Origin: Tetramitus jugosus
Taxonomy: Eukaryota; Protista; Heterolobosea
Assembly (NCBI GenBank): GCA_937625935.1
Contig: OW569348.1
Coordinates: 248,001 to 312,000 of the forward strand
Direction: 5' to 3'
Length of the DNA: 64,000 bases
A program made the translations under genes and the position numbers. The notes under the pieces were generated by a model that did no database searches, was not told where the DNA came from, and saw only the letters and a list, made by a program, of their open reading frames with translations. Within the stretch, counting starts at the first letter, position 1. Each line of letters starts with the position of its first letter. Below, piece after piece: positions 17,731-28,731 of the stretch.

Positions 17731-19230
17731 TTACTTGCTCATAGCAGAGTAACTCTCAGGCATTGGTCCTGGTGGAGGTGGTACTGAAGTTCCACTGCTG
17801 CTGGCGAGTTTTGATGCAGTTCCAAGCAATTGCTGTCCCGTAGATTGAGATTGCAGTGGTTGTTGCATCTGCTGTTGTGGCAGAATTCTTTGAGATTGTA
17901 TTGGTTGTTGCATTGATTGCATTGGTTGAGTACCATAACCTCCTGATCTCAATCCCAAATTATCCATCACACTACTGTAATGACCCTGGTTCGAATACAG
18001 TTCACTACCGCTGGAGTAAGTGGAATAAGGGATCTGTTGTTGCTGTTGTTGAAATGTTGGTTCCTTAAAATTGTAAAACAGTTGGTTGACTTCTTCTGCT
18101 GACACCAACTTTCTCTTTGGCATGTAGTCGAGTGGCATTGAACCTGGAGGTGGAGGAGGAGCGGTCATGAACTGTTGACTTCCACTACTCATGAATCTTG
18201 TTTCTGTTGGTTGCACAAATTGTTGTTGTTGACCAGAGTAGCTCATAGTTCTGCCCAGGTTCATGTTCTGCATTCCCTGGTTTAATCCACCGATTGGATT
18301 CGCAGAAGTGATAGTTTCAACGCGAGGTTGATCCCTCACAACAGTTAAGCTTGGTTGTTCATACACTGTTTTCTGAATCTCCTGTTCATGGATTTCACGC
18401 ACTGGTTGCTCGTGAATTTCTGTTACAATCGGAACGTTCACAATTTCCTTGTCAACTTGTGTGGCGACGTTGACAATGGTTGGTTGTTCTTGACGTACGG
18501 ACATGTCCATATTCTCGTGGAATTGAACAGGATGTTGTCTGTCTCTCTCGTACATGTCCTGCAGCATTCTTTGTCGTTGCATCTCAGCCATTTCTCGACC
18601 CTCTGTTTGCATCTGAACTGGTTCTCTGACGATAACCTCTTGAGTTGGATGCATAATTTGCTTCTGAATGGGCTTCTCGTGCACCTCGATCAGCTCTTGT
18701 CTAATATTCTCTTGAACGATTGGTTTCTCAATCACTTGTTTGTGTTCCATCACCTCGACTCTATCGAGGACAGGACGCTGCTGTTCAGTAGTGATGCCCG
18801 TTGTTTGATAGGGCATTCCAGATGTGGAAATCGTGGAGTATGAGGTGTAAGGTTGTTGTTGTTGTTGTGTGGTCATGTAGCCCTGTTGTTGCTGGGTAGT
18901 TGGCATTTGAGTCCATGATGTTGTTGAAGTTCTCGCGGTTCCTGTGGCTGTTGCTGGCAGAGTCGATTGGCCGAGAACACTGCTGACCGGTGCCGAAGTG
19001 GCAGACGTGGCAGACGAGAGCGGAACAATTGGAGCTGTGGTAGCAGCTGGGAGAGTACTTGTAGAGGCCATGGGTGCAGTTGAGGTAGCTGGTGGGACAC
19101 CAGTCGCATAACCGGGAGAAGTTGGATGCTTGTGGGTCAACTTTGCTTTGAGTTGACTTAACTTTCCCTTCAGACCATGAGGCTGAGCGGTTGTGTCAGT
19201 AGTTGTAGTTGTAGTGACTTGCTCGACCAT
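17731..19230 (-). CDS. Hypothetical Q/T/P-rich protein with a duplicated V/I-E-H-E-Q-P-rich segment
   Basis: 499 aa ORF with ATG in ACAATGG context; internal repeats EVHEKP / EIHEQP / EIHEQE. Confidence 0.75.
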   Translation of the reverse strand: MVEQVTTTTTTDTTAQPHGLKGKLSQLKAKLTHKHPTSPGYATGVPPATSTAPMASTSTLPAATTAPIVPLSSATSATSAPVSSVLGQSTLPATATGTARTSTTSWTQMPTTQQQQGYMTTQQQQQPYTSYSTISTSGMPYQTTGITTEQQRPVLDRVEVMEHKQVIEKPIVQENIRQELIEVHEKPIQKQIMHPTQEVIVREPVQMQTEGREMAEMQRQRMLQDMYERDRQHPVQFHENMDMSVRQEQPTIVNVATQVDKEIVNVPIVTEIHEQPVREIHEQEIQKTVYEQPSLTVVRDQPRVETITSANPIGGLNQGMQNMNLGRTMSYSGQQQQFVQPTETRFMSSGSQQFMTAPPPPPGSMPLDYMPKRKLVSAEEVNQLFYNFKEPTFQQQQQQIPYSTYSSGSELYSNQGHYSSVMDNLGLRSGGYGTQPMQSMQQPIQSQRILPQQQMQQPLQSQSTGQQLLGTASKLASSSGTSVPPPPGPMPESYSAMSK

Positions 19231-19451
19231 TGTTACTTGAGTGTACGATACGGTGGTTGGTTAATGTGTGATTGTATTTGTTTGATTGGATGTGCTGTCG
19301 TGGAAGAATTGTAATTTTATACAAGAAAAGGAAAATTTGTTTTTAGGTCAACCAACGTCAAGTTTTTTAATCTCGCTTATTTTCCGCCAGACTAAAACTG
19401 CACAGAGATCAGGATTCGGAGCGGAGCTCCTCCACAAACCTCTCCAACAGC

Positions 19452-22400
19452 CTAGTTCAAGTTTAAGTCGAAATCTCGATGTGGGATATCAATAGTCAGT
19501 TCAGGAGGTTCAATGTCAGATGCAGAGAGCCGAGGATCCATGACTTGAGCGAACCAGTTCAAGGTACTATTGGGTATTTCCTTTGACAGATTCTCTGCTT
19601 TATGATATCGCAGATCAGTGTCATCTCGCTCAATTTGAACTTCTTGCAATAGTCGACTCCAGATGTCACTCTGGTGTGCACGACTAGAGTTGCAAACAAC
19701 ATGCAAAATTTGAGATGCTCTCGTTAGACCCATGTGCAATTTGCGCACATCTTCCAAATAGGCAACGTGGTCTGTGGGATGCGGTCTAGAAGGTCCCAGA
19801 AGTATAATATATTCATTCTGCTTTGCTGCATAGTCCCGCACTGTTGATATTTCGAAGAATGAATGCAAAATTTGGTAGGGAATATTCAGCAATAAGCCCA
19901 ATAAATTATTTCTTTGTCTCCTATTCCAGCACAGAATTGTTACTTTCCCTCTGGTCGATTCGTAGTCAGACTGTGATAACCACAGGATCAGTAATTCCAA
20001 AGCATAATGAACTTCAGAGTTTGATGGACTACAGTCCACCAAGTCGTGCACAAGGAATGGATGTTGATTGTTTGGAAATGTTGTTTGATGTTGACTATCT
20101 GCTTCTTCACATGTCCCAGGTACATTCTCTCTGTAGAACACATCTGACAATACATCGGCAATCTCTTTGCGAATCCTGTATTGTATCATAGGCATGGGAA
20201 TGCATGGTACCTTGTTTGAGATGAGTCTCTCAAAAAGACTCTTTATCCTTTTCACTCCAACCTTGTCATACTTTTTACTATTGCCGAATAAAATTAATCG
20301 TTGGCAGGGATTGCGACACATTGGCAGCAAGGAGTAGCCCTCTGGGATCTCCTCTGCATTATCGAAAAACATGTAGTCGACTGAGTTCGGGAGCTTCGGT
20401 GGTGTGAATCCAATGGGATTGATTATAATATTAAACTTCTCCAATACTTGCTCCCTTCTGCTCTCCAACGATATCTTCTTGTCAATATTATCGTACTGTT
20501 CGGTAAGTTTGCCTATTTGTGCACGTATACGTCTCTCCTCTGTTTTTTGTAGATCCAACTCGTCTTTAAGAGGAAGAATTTCTCGTTGCCGGTGAATGTC
20601 TCTCTCGCAAATAATGAGCTGAGAAGTAATATGAGCAATATCTTTTGCCACTTTGTCAACTTGTTCCTGCAACTTCCTTTTTTGCCTTTCGATTCGATCG
20701 AACTGGAATGTTTTTTCTTTTCGTTTCAGAAGATCTTCTCTGACGCGCAAGCCATATGTATTATTTAAATGAGCAGCCAATCCGTTATATAATATAGAAT
20801 CAGACAATGACGGTTCATAATCACATAACCGATGAATGATGACAGCTGCACATGATTCATCCGGTACAACAATAAATATCCTGGTCGAATTTCGTTCAGA
20901 GCAAAGCTTGATGACGGTCCTAGTCAGCATTTCTGTCCTACCAGTGCCGGGGAAACCATCAATTGCAAGTACTCCACTCTCAATTGCTAAAATATTACTC
21001 GTAATCTTATCGCCTGATTCCTCGATTGGATTGGCTCTTATGGGGGCCGATGACGCGTCTAAAATAAAATTAATCAATGGATGCTTACTCAATAAGCTAA
21101 TGTCGTTGTAAATGATGCGCAATGGCTCCAAATTTCCTAATTTTCTCACTTGTAAATTATCATCCGGTTTGATGTCAATCGATTTTGGCGGTTTGCATTT
21201 TACAGCAATAATTAAGTCTATATTGTAGATTCCGAGTTGATTCTCTAGAATCTCCTTGTTATGTATCGACCTGTAGCGACCAATAAAGCTGAATTTACTT
21301 CTCGAGGTTGTCTTATCGATTATTGACAATAATATTACATCTTCGGAGCGATATTGCCCTTTCATTCTCGCTTTTAGCCGAACAGAAGAATCCTCTGGCA
21401 ATGTCTGTGCAAATAAATAAATGTGCAGATAGTCTTGTTCGTGTCTTACTGCGCGCACAATCGCATTTTCAGATTCGAACCGCAGTTCATCAAACTCGGA
21501 TTCAATCATTTGTACACTACAATCAACAATCTGCCGCTTCATAATATAGGTATACCTTTCAAAATTGTCAAATCTTGGTGGCATTTGTCCTGATGACAGG
21601 GCTACACTCCGAACAGAGTCCATGTTCAGCTGATACGCGTGCGTCCAAACTGTTGCTTCACTTGTTCCAGGTTTTGTTGATGTCGTTGTTGATGCTGCTG
21701 CGTGCACAGTTATGTGCGTAGGGGCAGCAGCAGGAATAGAAGTACTCGTCGAGGCACCTGTCGTCATCGACGACGATGGTACATAATCATATACTCTCCT
21801 AGGTTCCAACAACATTGTTCCTCTGTTTTTGGGCAGTTGTGAATGCGTGTGTTGCTTCCTGCTCTCTTCGATTCGACGTCTCTGACGCATTAACCGCACT
21901 TCTTCTTCATCTTCTTCCTCGGCTGTTGTTCGAGCATTGGGTGGCCGCTTCAGTGTTTGAGACTTGAGATGCTTGGGTACGGCAGATCTTTGAGTCTGTG
22001 CATTTTGCAACGTCGTATTCGACATGTACCTCTGCGCAGACGTCATGCGATCAGCTGCCTTGTTTCTCATTGTTAAATCCACGCGTCTCTGCACCAATGG
22101 AACACCACGTGGACGTTGTTGCACGTGTGATGCTTGAGTACTCCGCGATGATGCCGCCGATACTCTGGTTGGTCCATTCCGTTTTGCTGAATACTGAGGT
22201 TTTCTAAAGTTTCGAGAGGATGATGATGCCGCCGCTGATGACGATGCGAAACTGGCCCGAGTCGTAAAGATGGGTGTCTCATCATTGGACGATTCACTGT
22301 CGTACAGTGTGCTTTCATCAACAAAGTCATCTGGTATGCGGTCATCATCCGACTCTGAATCGGAAATGTTCTGTTGTTGTTGATCCATTGCACGTCGTCT

Positions 22401-22643
22401 TTTCTTTTTGCCATTGACTAATTTTCTTCTTTTGAGAGGCACTCTGAAATTGGAGTCTTCATCATCACTGTCATCACTCAATAATATTCCAATTGCAGCA
22501 TGCTTTCGTCTCCATTTTCTATAGAATCGTTCATCGTTCAACTCGTCTCCATCACTCACGACAACACATTCCTTGTATTTGTCTGATGATAAGTCATCAT
22601 CATCGTCATTATTGGTATGTTTTGATGTGCGATGCACCACCAT
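19452..22643 (-). CDS. UPF1/Sen1-like superfamily 1 helicase-fold protein, catalytically degenerate
   Basis: Ordered motif remnants GFPGTGRT, FFDNAEE, LFGNSKK, SLFERL, QYRIRKEIA, ISTVRDYAAKQ, KLHMGLTRA. Confidence 0.8.
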   Translation of the reverse strand: MVVHRTSKHTNNDDDDDLSSDKYKECVVVSDGDELNDERFYRKWRRKHAAIGILLSDDSDDEDSNFRVPLKRRKLVNGKKKRRRAMDQQQQNISDSESDDDRIPDDFVDESTLYDSESSNDETPIFTTRASFASSSAAASSSSRNFRKPQYSAKRNGPTRVSAASSRSTQASHVQQRPRGVPLVQRRVDLTMRNKAADRMTSAQRYMSNTTLQNAQTQRSAVPKHLKSQTLKRPPNARTTAEEEDEEEVRLMRQRRRIEESRKQHTHSQLPKNRGTMLLEPRRVYDYVPSSSMTTGASTSTSIPAAAPTHITVHAAASTTTSTKPGTSEATVWTHAYQLNMDSVRSVALSSGQMPPRFDNFERYTYIMKRQIVDCSVQMIESEFDELRFESENAIVRAVRHEQDYLHIYLFAQTLPEDSSVRLKARMKGQYRSEDVILLSIIDKTTSRSKFSFIGRYRSIHNKEILENQLGIYNIDLIIAVKCKPPKSIDIKPDDNLQVRKLGNLEPLRIIYNDISLLSKHPLINFILDASSAPIRANPIEESGDKITSNILAIESGVLAIDGFPGTGRTEMLTRTVIKLCSERNSTRIFIVVPDESCAAVIIHRLCDYEPSLSDSILYNGLAAHLNNTYGLRVREDLLKRKEKTFQFDRIERQKRKLQEQVDKVAKDIAHITSQLIICERDIHRQREILPLKDELDLQKTEERRIRAQIGKLTEQYDNIDKKISLESRREQVLEKFNIIINPIGFTPPKLPNSVDYMFFDNAEEIPEGYSLLPMCRNPCQRLILFGNSKKYDKVGVKRIKSLFERLISNKVPCIPMPMIQYRIRKEIADVLSDVFYRENVPGTCEEADSQHQTTFPNNQHPFLVHDLVDCSPSNSEVHYALELLILWLSQSDYESTRGKVTILCWNRRQRNNLLGLLLNIPYQILHSFFEISTVRDYAAKQNEYIILLGPSRPHPTDHVAYLEDVRKLHMGLTRASQILHVVCNSSRAHQSDIWSRLLQEVQIERDDTDLRYHKAENLSKEIPNSTLNWFAQVMDPRLSASDIEPPELTIDIPHRDFDLNLN

Positions 22644-22835
22644 TGTTATGCTGCGGTTTGTTTGATTTTTTGAGGATCAAGTAAAAGTGGTGGCGTTGTT
22701 GTTGAAACAGGTGGGTGGTGTTGTTGTTTGATCGTTTTTTACCTTTTTGATAACGATGGAATTTTTGCTATTTCCAGAACCGATTGCCGACACTTTTTTG
22801 GCGGGAGCAAATACAACAGCTGAAATAATTTATTG

Positions 22836-25800
22836 TTACACTTTGTTCTTCTTGGGCGTTTGCAGAATTTCCTCTTGTGGATCACTGCTGCTGTTCGCAC
22901 TCATATCTGGCATTGCTATCTTTCTTGGATCAATGGCAACTGATTTTGTGCAGTTGTCAGTCTTATAGATACCAACGAGAATATCCGCCATCTCAAACAT
23001 ATTGTTACGTAAACTAATAACAATAAACTGGGCATTCTTGGTTCTCTCCTTGATATAGTTTGCAACAATGGAAACATTCTTAAAGTCCAAAGCAGCATCA
23101 ATTTCATCCATGACATAAATTGGTGTCGGTTTAAAGTGGTGAAGAGCAAACACGAGAGCAAGAGAACTGAGAGTCTTCTCACCACCTGATAAATTGGATA
23201 TTTTCTTCCAACTCTTCTTTGGAGGACGCACACTAAATTCGATTCCTTCACGGAAAGGATCAAATGTGTCCACTAACTCTAGCTCAGCATCTCCACCCAA
23301 GGTGATCATTTGATAAATTTCTTTGAGCTTATTTGTTATGATTTGGAATCCAGTCATAAACTCACTCAATCTCTTCTTTTTCAAATCTTCCCTTTCCTTT
23401 GTTATACGATCTCTCTCCATATTTACATCATCTAACTCCTGTTTCTTCTTGTTATACTCTTGTTCCTTTTTGTTATATTCGTCAATAGCAGCAAGATTAG
23501 GCTTTATCTTTTCGAGCTCGGACTCAAGCAACGTAATATCATAGTTTAACTTCTTAATATTTAACTTTTTGATTTGCTCTGGATCCAAAATAACTAGGGA
23601 GGATGTAGAATTAGGCTTATGACGCTTTGATGGTGTTTGCTCTGGATCGTTATTACGTTTTCTTTTTCCTAATTTGTCTGGCTCTGAGCCGCTGTTTTCG
23701 ATCTGTTCTTCCTCTTCTCCTTCGTTTTGTTCTTCATCCTCCATTGAGTTCTGATTCTCCACGTTCTCGATTGGTTCTTCACTCTCTTCTTCTTCTTCTC
23801 CCTCATAGCGACAGTCTAGGGCTTGAACATCTAGGGACTTCAGTTGTTGATTCTTTTTAGAAACTTCAAGAGTCAATTCTTTGATAACCTTCTCAACATC
23901 ATCAAGTTTGTTCTTCAAATCGATCTCCAAGCCTCGACTTTGATCTACTTGTTTCTTGATTGATTCATACTCTTTCTCTTTGTCGGCAAGCTGTTTCTCT
24001 CTCTCCTGCATCAACTCCTTTGCTTTTTCATATTGTTCGTGTACACTCACTGCTTGCTCCGTCAGAGTTTGCAACTCCCCTCTGATCTTTTCAATTTGTT
24101 TGTCTGTTACCTCCAACTGCTCTCTATCCACATCTAACTGCTTTTGAAGCTTTGCTAGATTCTTTTCAGCATTCTCCTTCTTCACTTGGTGGTTTGTGAG
24201 TGTTGATCTACACTCTTGAATTTGATGATTCAAAAGCTGAACTCTTTCCTTTTGTTCTTGCAACTTGCCGTTGCCAACATTGTCAATGCTATCTTGGAGT
24301 TTCGCAATTTCATCTTTAACGCGTTTATGATGATTCTCATGATCCAACATAGACTTCTTCATAGACTCCACTTTGGAAGTTAGCTCTTGAATCTTCTTAT
24401 CATCATCTGGATTGGATTCACCTAGTTGTGGCTCGAGCTCTGACAGAGTTTTCTTTAAATCTTGAATTTGTGACTCAGTAGCACTCTGTTCCAGCTCGAT
24501 CTTACTGATATGAACTTGAAGATTTGAGAGTTCCTCTTCTAAGCGCCGTAATTGCTCCCCTACGTCTCTTTTCTTCTCTTGTACCTCCTTCAATACTTTA
24601 AAGCTATCTTCGTTGGCTTTTTCAGCAATTTTGATGTCTTTGGATGATACCTCCTCCTGGAATTGAGCTGACATTCCACCTCGGATCACCTTGTTACCAC
24701 CTCCAGATAGAGTACCAGTATTTTCGATTAGTTCACCATTCAGAGTAACAACTCTATAAATCTTATTATCCTTATTTTGATATGCGATACGTGATGCCTG
24801 CTCTAAATCAGAAGCGACAAGCGTATCACGAAGAGCAAAGTAGAATGCAGTGCGGAATTTTTCGTCTTTAAAGCGAATTAAGTCAAAGAGTCTTGGAACA
24901 TTTTCGGGCGTGTTCATTGCCTGCTTAGAACGCTGAACAATCTCGGGTGTGGCAATCTTATCAAGCATGATAAATGTGGCAGTACCTAGATTTTCTTTCC
25001 TCAGTAATTCGACACATTTAATACCTGACTCTGTATCTTCAACAACAATATGAGAAAGAGCACCACAGGCTGTTGACACCGCTACATCATACTTCTTATC
25101 AATTGTTCCTAGACTTCCAAGTCTATCGTGAATACCCACAATGCTGCCATTGTTCTTTGCATCCATCAAAGATGAAAGTAACTTACTTTGAGTCTTGGTA
25201 GACTTCATTTTCTCAGTTAGAGTTTGAAGTTGTATCTTTGCCTTCTGATGACTCGAAAATAATTTGTTTTCTTCTTCTGTGAGCTGTTTGACTTGTTGCT
25301 GTAGGTCAGGTATTCTTTTCTCTATTTGTTGGCAATGCTTTCTACTCTTTGCTAAATTTGACACAACATTTTGAAGATGTTCAGTTGCTTGATTAAGATT
25401 TTCCTCTGTTTTGACATATTGATCTTTCACAGAATTGGATCTCTCCTTCAGAAGATCTATCTCAGACTGAGCAATGTTGATCTTTTGTCGAGCTTCATTA
25501 ACTTTTTTGCTGATTGGCATCAGCTCCTTTTGTTTTGCCTCCTTCTGAATACGGTATGGTTCGATCTCGCTCTGCAACTCTTTGTATAATTGGTCCTCAC
25601 TCTTCTCGGCCAACTCAAATTGCTCGTTGAGTTTTGTGAGAGATGACTCTGCTTTCCCTTGTGCTTTGGTTGCTTTCTCTATCTTTTTGTTGAACTCCAA
25701 GATCTTGTCGTCAGACCCAGCCAAGTTGTCCTCTAACTTCTTTTTTTTGGCTTTGCTATTCTTCAGATCTTGTTTCAACTTAATATCTTTCCTTTCGAAT

Positions 25801-26897
25801 GAAGTCCAGTTATCCTTCGCTATCTGTAATTCATCAGCAATTTTGTCATGATCTCGCTTTGTTTCCTTGTATTCAGACTCAAGCTTATGAACATTGTCTC
25901 TCAGTTCTTTGACACGTTCCTTTTCTGAGTCATAAGCTTGCTTTAACTCCTTCTTTTTTTCTTCATTTTGCTCAAGTTTCTCCTCTGCTTCAAGTTTTCG
26001 GAATTGAACTACTAAATGTTGACTCTTGATCAACTTTTTCTTTTTGGTCAGGTACTCCACAGCTTCGTTACGAGCACCCTCCAAGCTATCCTTTTCATTC
26101 TCCACGCTCTTTAATCGATTTAATTTTTCGGTTCTTACTTCGGACAATTCTTCAACAGCAACTTCCGCTCGTTGTATTTGCTCGATATATTGATTCGTAC
26201 CAATAATATCTTCAATGTACTCCAACAAACCCGTTTCATGTTCATTCTGTGCAATTGGTTTCATCAGGGAAATCTGTTCTACTTCTCCTTGCAAAATTAA
26301 GAACCTGTTATTTGTCAGGTCAATTCCTTTTTCTTTCAGCAATTCAGTCACTTCTTTAAATGAACTTACTTGTTCATTGATATAATATTTTGAATTACTT
26401 TTAGAGTCAACAGATCGAGATACAATGAGCTGACTATTGGGTACAATTTCAAAATTGTCACCATCCTATTTTTTGATTAATGCTTGGTCAGTAAAGAAAC
26501 TAATGATTGTGTGAAAAATGTACGACTATAATACCTTATCTATAATTTCACAAAAGTGCACATAAACACAAGCTCTTCTCAATTCTTGATGATTTTCTGA
26601 ATTGTGAATCAATTCAGACAACTTCTTCAAACGCAACTTTTGACCACGTTTTCCAAAAACGAATTGAATAGCATCAATGACATTGCTCTTTCCAGATCCG
26701 TTAGGACCAACGATAGATGTAAAACTTTTGTGGAATGGACCAATTTCTCTCTTGCCAGCGTAGGACTTGAAGTTTTCGAGAACCATTTTAGTAATGGCTA
26801 GTCGAGGCTGATCGGCTCCTCTCTTGCTTGGTGAGGCAAAACCTGGAGTGGAGATCATGGATGGCCGAGGGGGTTTAATGGGAGTTGCCTCAAACAT
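22836..26897 (-). CDS. SMC4: Condensin subunit SMC4; exons 26897-26535 and 26465-22836
   Basis: NFKSYAG, GPNGSGKSNVID, NRFLILQGEVEQI, hinge GTLSGGG, LSGGEKTLSSLAL, MDEIDAALD. A 69-nt intron at 26466-26534 restores the frame. Confidence 0.97.
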
Positions 26898-26982
26898 TGT
26901 CGATTGTTTCTTGCTTTCTGGAAAATTCTGCCAATTTCTCAACCTCCCGTTTTTTTGGGCGCCAAAAACAAGAATTGGCGGG

Positions 26983-28653
26983 CTAAGATAACTCCGATGA
27001 ATTCGAGGACATCGACATCCTCAAAACAAATTCAGATTCCATTAGGTGGTCCGGCAAGTCATTTGCAATTTGGTCTAGCTCTTGAGATACTTCTTCGTAG
27101 ATATCATTGAATATGTGGTCACTCAGGATGTCTGCCATCGCTTCAGGAGCAATGTCTGAACTATATCTGGCCCACTTCTTGTATTCGAGATATTGATTCT
27201 TGTTCAGGATCAATCCCTTAATATCTTTATCTCTGGAGTAAATGCGACCCATGGAAACCTCCACATAGTTGGACTCTTCTTCGCTATGCGTATCCTCTGG
27301 CTCAGTTGGAGTAGTCATCCTCTTCTGGTAACCTTCGTTCAACCTGTCTCTAATCTCCTGTTCTTGCTGTTCTATTGTATCGAGCAACCCTATTATCTCG
27401 TCGAGTTGATCTTCATTCTTTTTCGTTTTGCATGTTAGATCTATCTTTTGTTGTAACAAGTCATGAAATTTCATCTTATCAGTCAGCTCTTCTCTAGCTA
27501 TACTTCGAAGTACATCATCGAGGAGTCCATTCTCTAATTGATCAAACAAATTCTTACTCTGTTTTTTCTCGTTTGGTCTCTCAGTAGAAACTCCTAATTC
27601 CAAAATGTTGCTTTGAGGGGATGTATTCACTCCTTGCTCTCCCTTTCTCCTTTCTTTCCTCTTCTTTGGTTTTGGTCGAGGTATCACTTCAATCCTCACT
27701 GGTTTGAGTTCGGGTGTTGGTGAAGCAGGTCCACTGGAACAAGTTTGAGTTGACATCTCTTCAGCAGTGATCGGAGAAGTTTGTTGAGATGTGGCTAACT
27801 TGCCAAATACATTTTCCTTTACCTCGTATGGGTTCTCAATGAGGAAGACTCGCGCAGAGAGAGGAGAATTATCTTTATCGTGATATCGTGACTCTCCCTC
27901 ACTGAATTGTTCCCTAGGTGTCCCTGCCTCAATCGTTTCTTGTTGATTGGATATCTCAGGTGCTCTGACAACTGCTCCCAGAGACCTCATTTTTGGAGCA
28001 GCAGGTTTCAACAACAATGAAGTGGCTCTTCGTTGTTCTTTTCTCATTAGTTTAAAATTATCGTCAATGGGCGGAGTAAAGTCGTCCTCTCGCTTTGTGT
28101 GTTTTTGTGCAATACTGAATGTTGGTTTCAATAAGTGATCAGATACTAAACTTTTTACCCTTCTCTTCTCTACCTGCTTATCTTCTTTCTCTGTTGGAGA
28201 TTCCTTTGGAGATCTCCGGGACACATGTCTATTGAATGCTTGTAGTGCTCGTTCCTTAGCTCTGTGAGTAGTTGGAATATCTGAAGAGCTCGGTGTGGAC
28301 GATTTTTGGAGTGAAGGATGGTTGTCAAGAGTTTTCTCTTCGGTGACTTCGGCTGATTTCAGCCTGTTCTTGATCTCAATATCCCGTCTACAACTCAGAG
28401 TTGGTCGAGGTTTTTCGATTGTCGGTCCAAGGGTTAAATGCTCCATGTTGTTCACTTGCCGATCATCAGAACTATTGACCTTTCCAAAATCCTGTTGATT
28501 TGATTTTGGTCTCCGGATATGTTCAAAGAGTTGTGGATGAGTAGCATGAACTCCGGCGATACACTTATTAACGTCCTCGCGGGCCACTCTCTTAACAAGG
28601 TTTAAGAACTCTATTCTATCTCTCGGAATAAGGAATTCAGTTTTTGACATCAT
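26983..28653 (-). CDS. Moonraker/KIAA0753-like centriolar protein (C-terminal similarity)
   Basis: C-terminus APEAMADILSDHIFNDIYEEVSQELDQIANDLPDHLMESEF resembles the recalled KIAA0753 C-terminus (P-x-x-x-A-E-x-x-S…V-x-x-EL…SEF); the rest is disordered. Confidence 0.55.
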   Translation of the reverse strand: MMSKTEFLIPRDRIEFLNLVKRVAREDVNKCIAGVHATHPQLFEHIRRPKSNQQDFGKVNSSDDRQVNNMEHLTLGPTIEKPRPTLSCRRDIEIKNRLKSAEVTEEKTLDNHPSLQKSSTPSSSDIPTTHRAKERALQAFNRHVSRRSPKESPTEKEDKQVEKRRVKSLVSDHLLKPTFSIAQKHTKREDDFTPPIDDNFKLMRKEQRRATSLLLKPAAPKMRSLGAVVRAPEISNQQETIEAGTPREQFSEGESRYHDKDNSPLSARVFLIENPYEVKENVFGKLATSQQTSPITAEEMSTQTCSSGPASPTPELKPVRIEVIPRPKPKKRKERRKGEQGVNTSPQSNILELGVSTERPNEKKQSKNLFDQLENGLLDDVLRSIAREELTDKMKFHDLLQQKIDLTCKTKKNEDQLDEIIGLLDTIEQQEQEIRDRLNEGYQKRMTTPTEPEDTHSEEESNYVEVSMGRIYSRDKDIKGLILNKNQYLEYKKWARYSSDIAPEAMADILSDHIFNDIYEEVSQELDQIANDLPDHLMESEFVLRMSMSSNSSELS

Positions 28654-28731
28654 TTGTTTTCGGTGCTGTTCGAAATGATTTTTGGCGCTAAACCGTAGTT
28701 TCAGCTCTCTGGTTTGCTCAAAACCCACACA

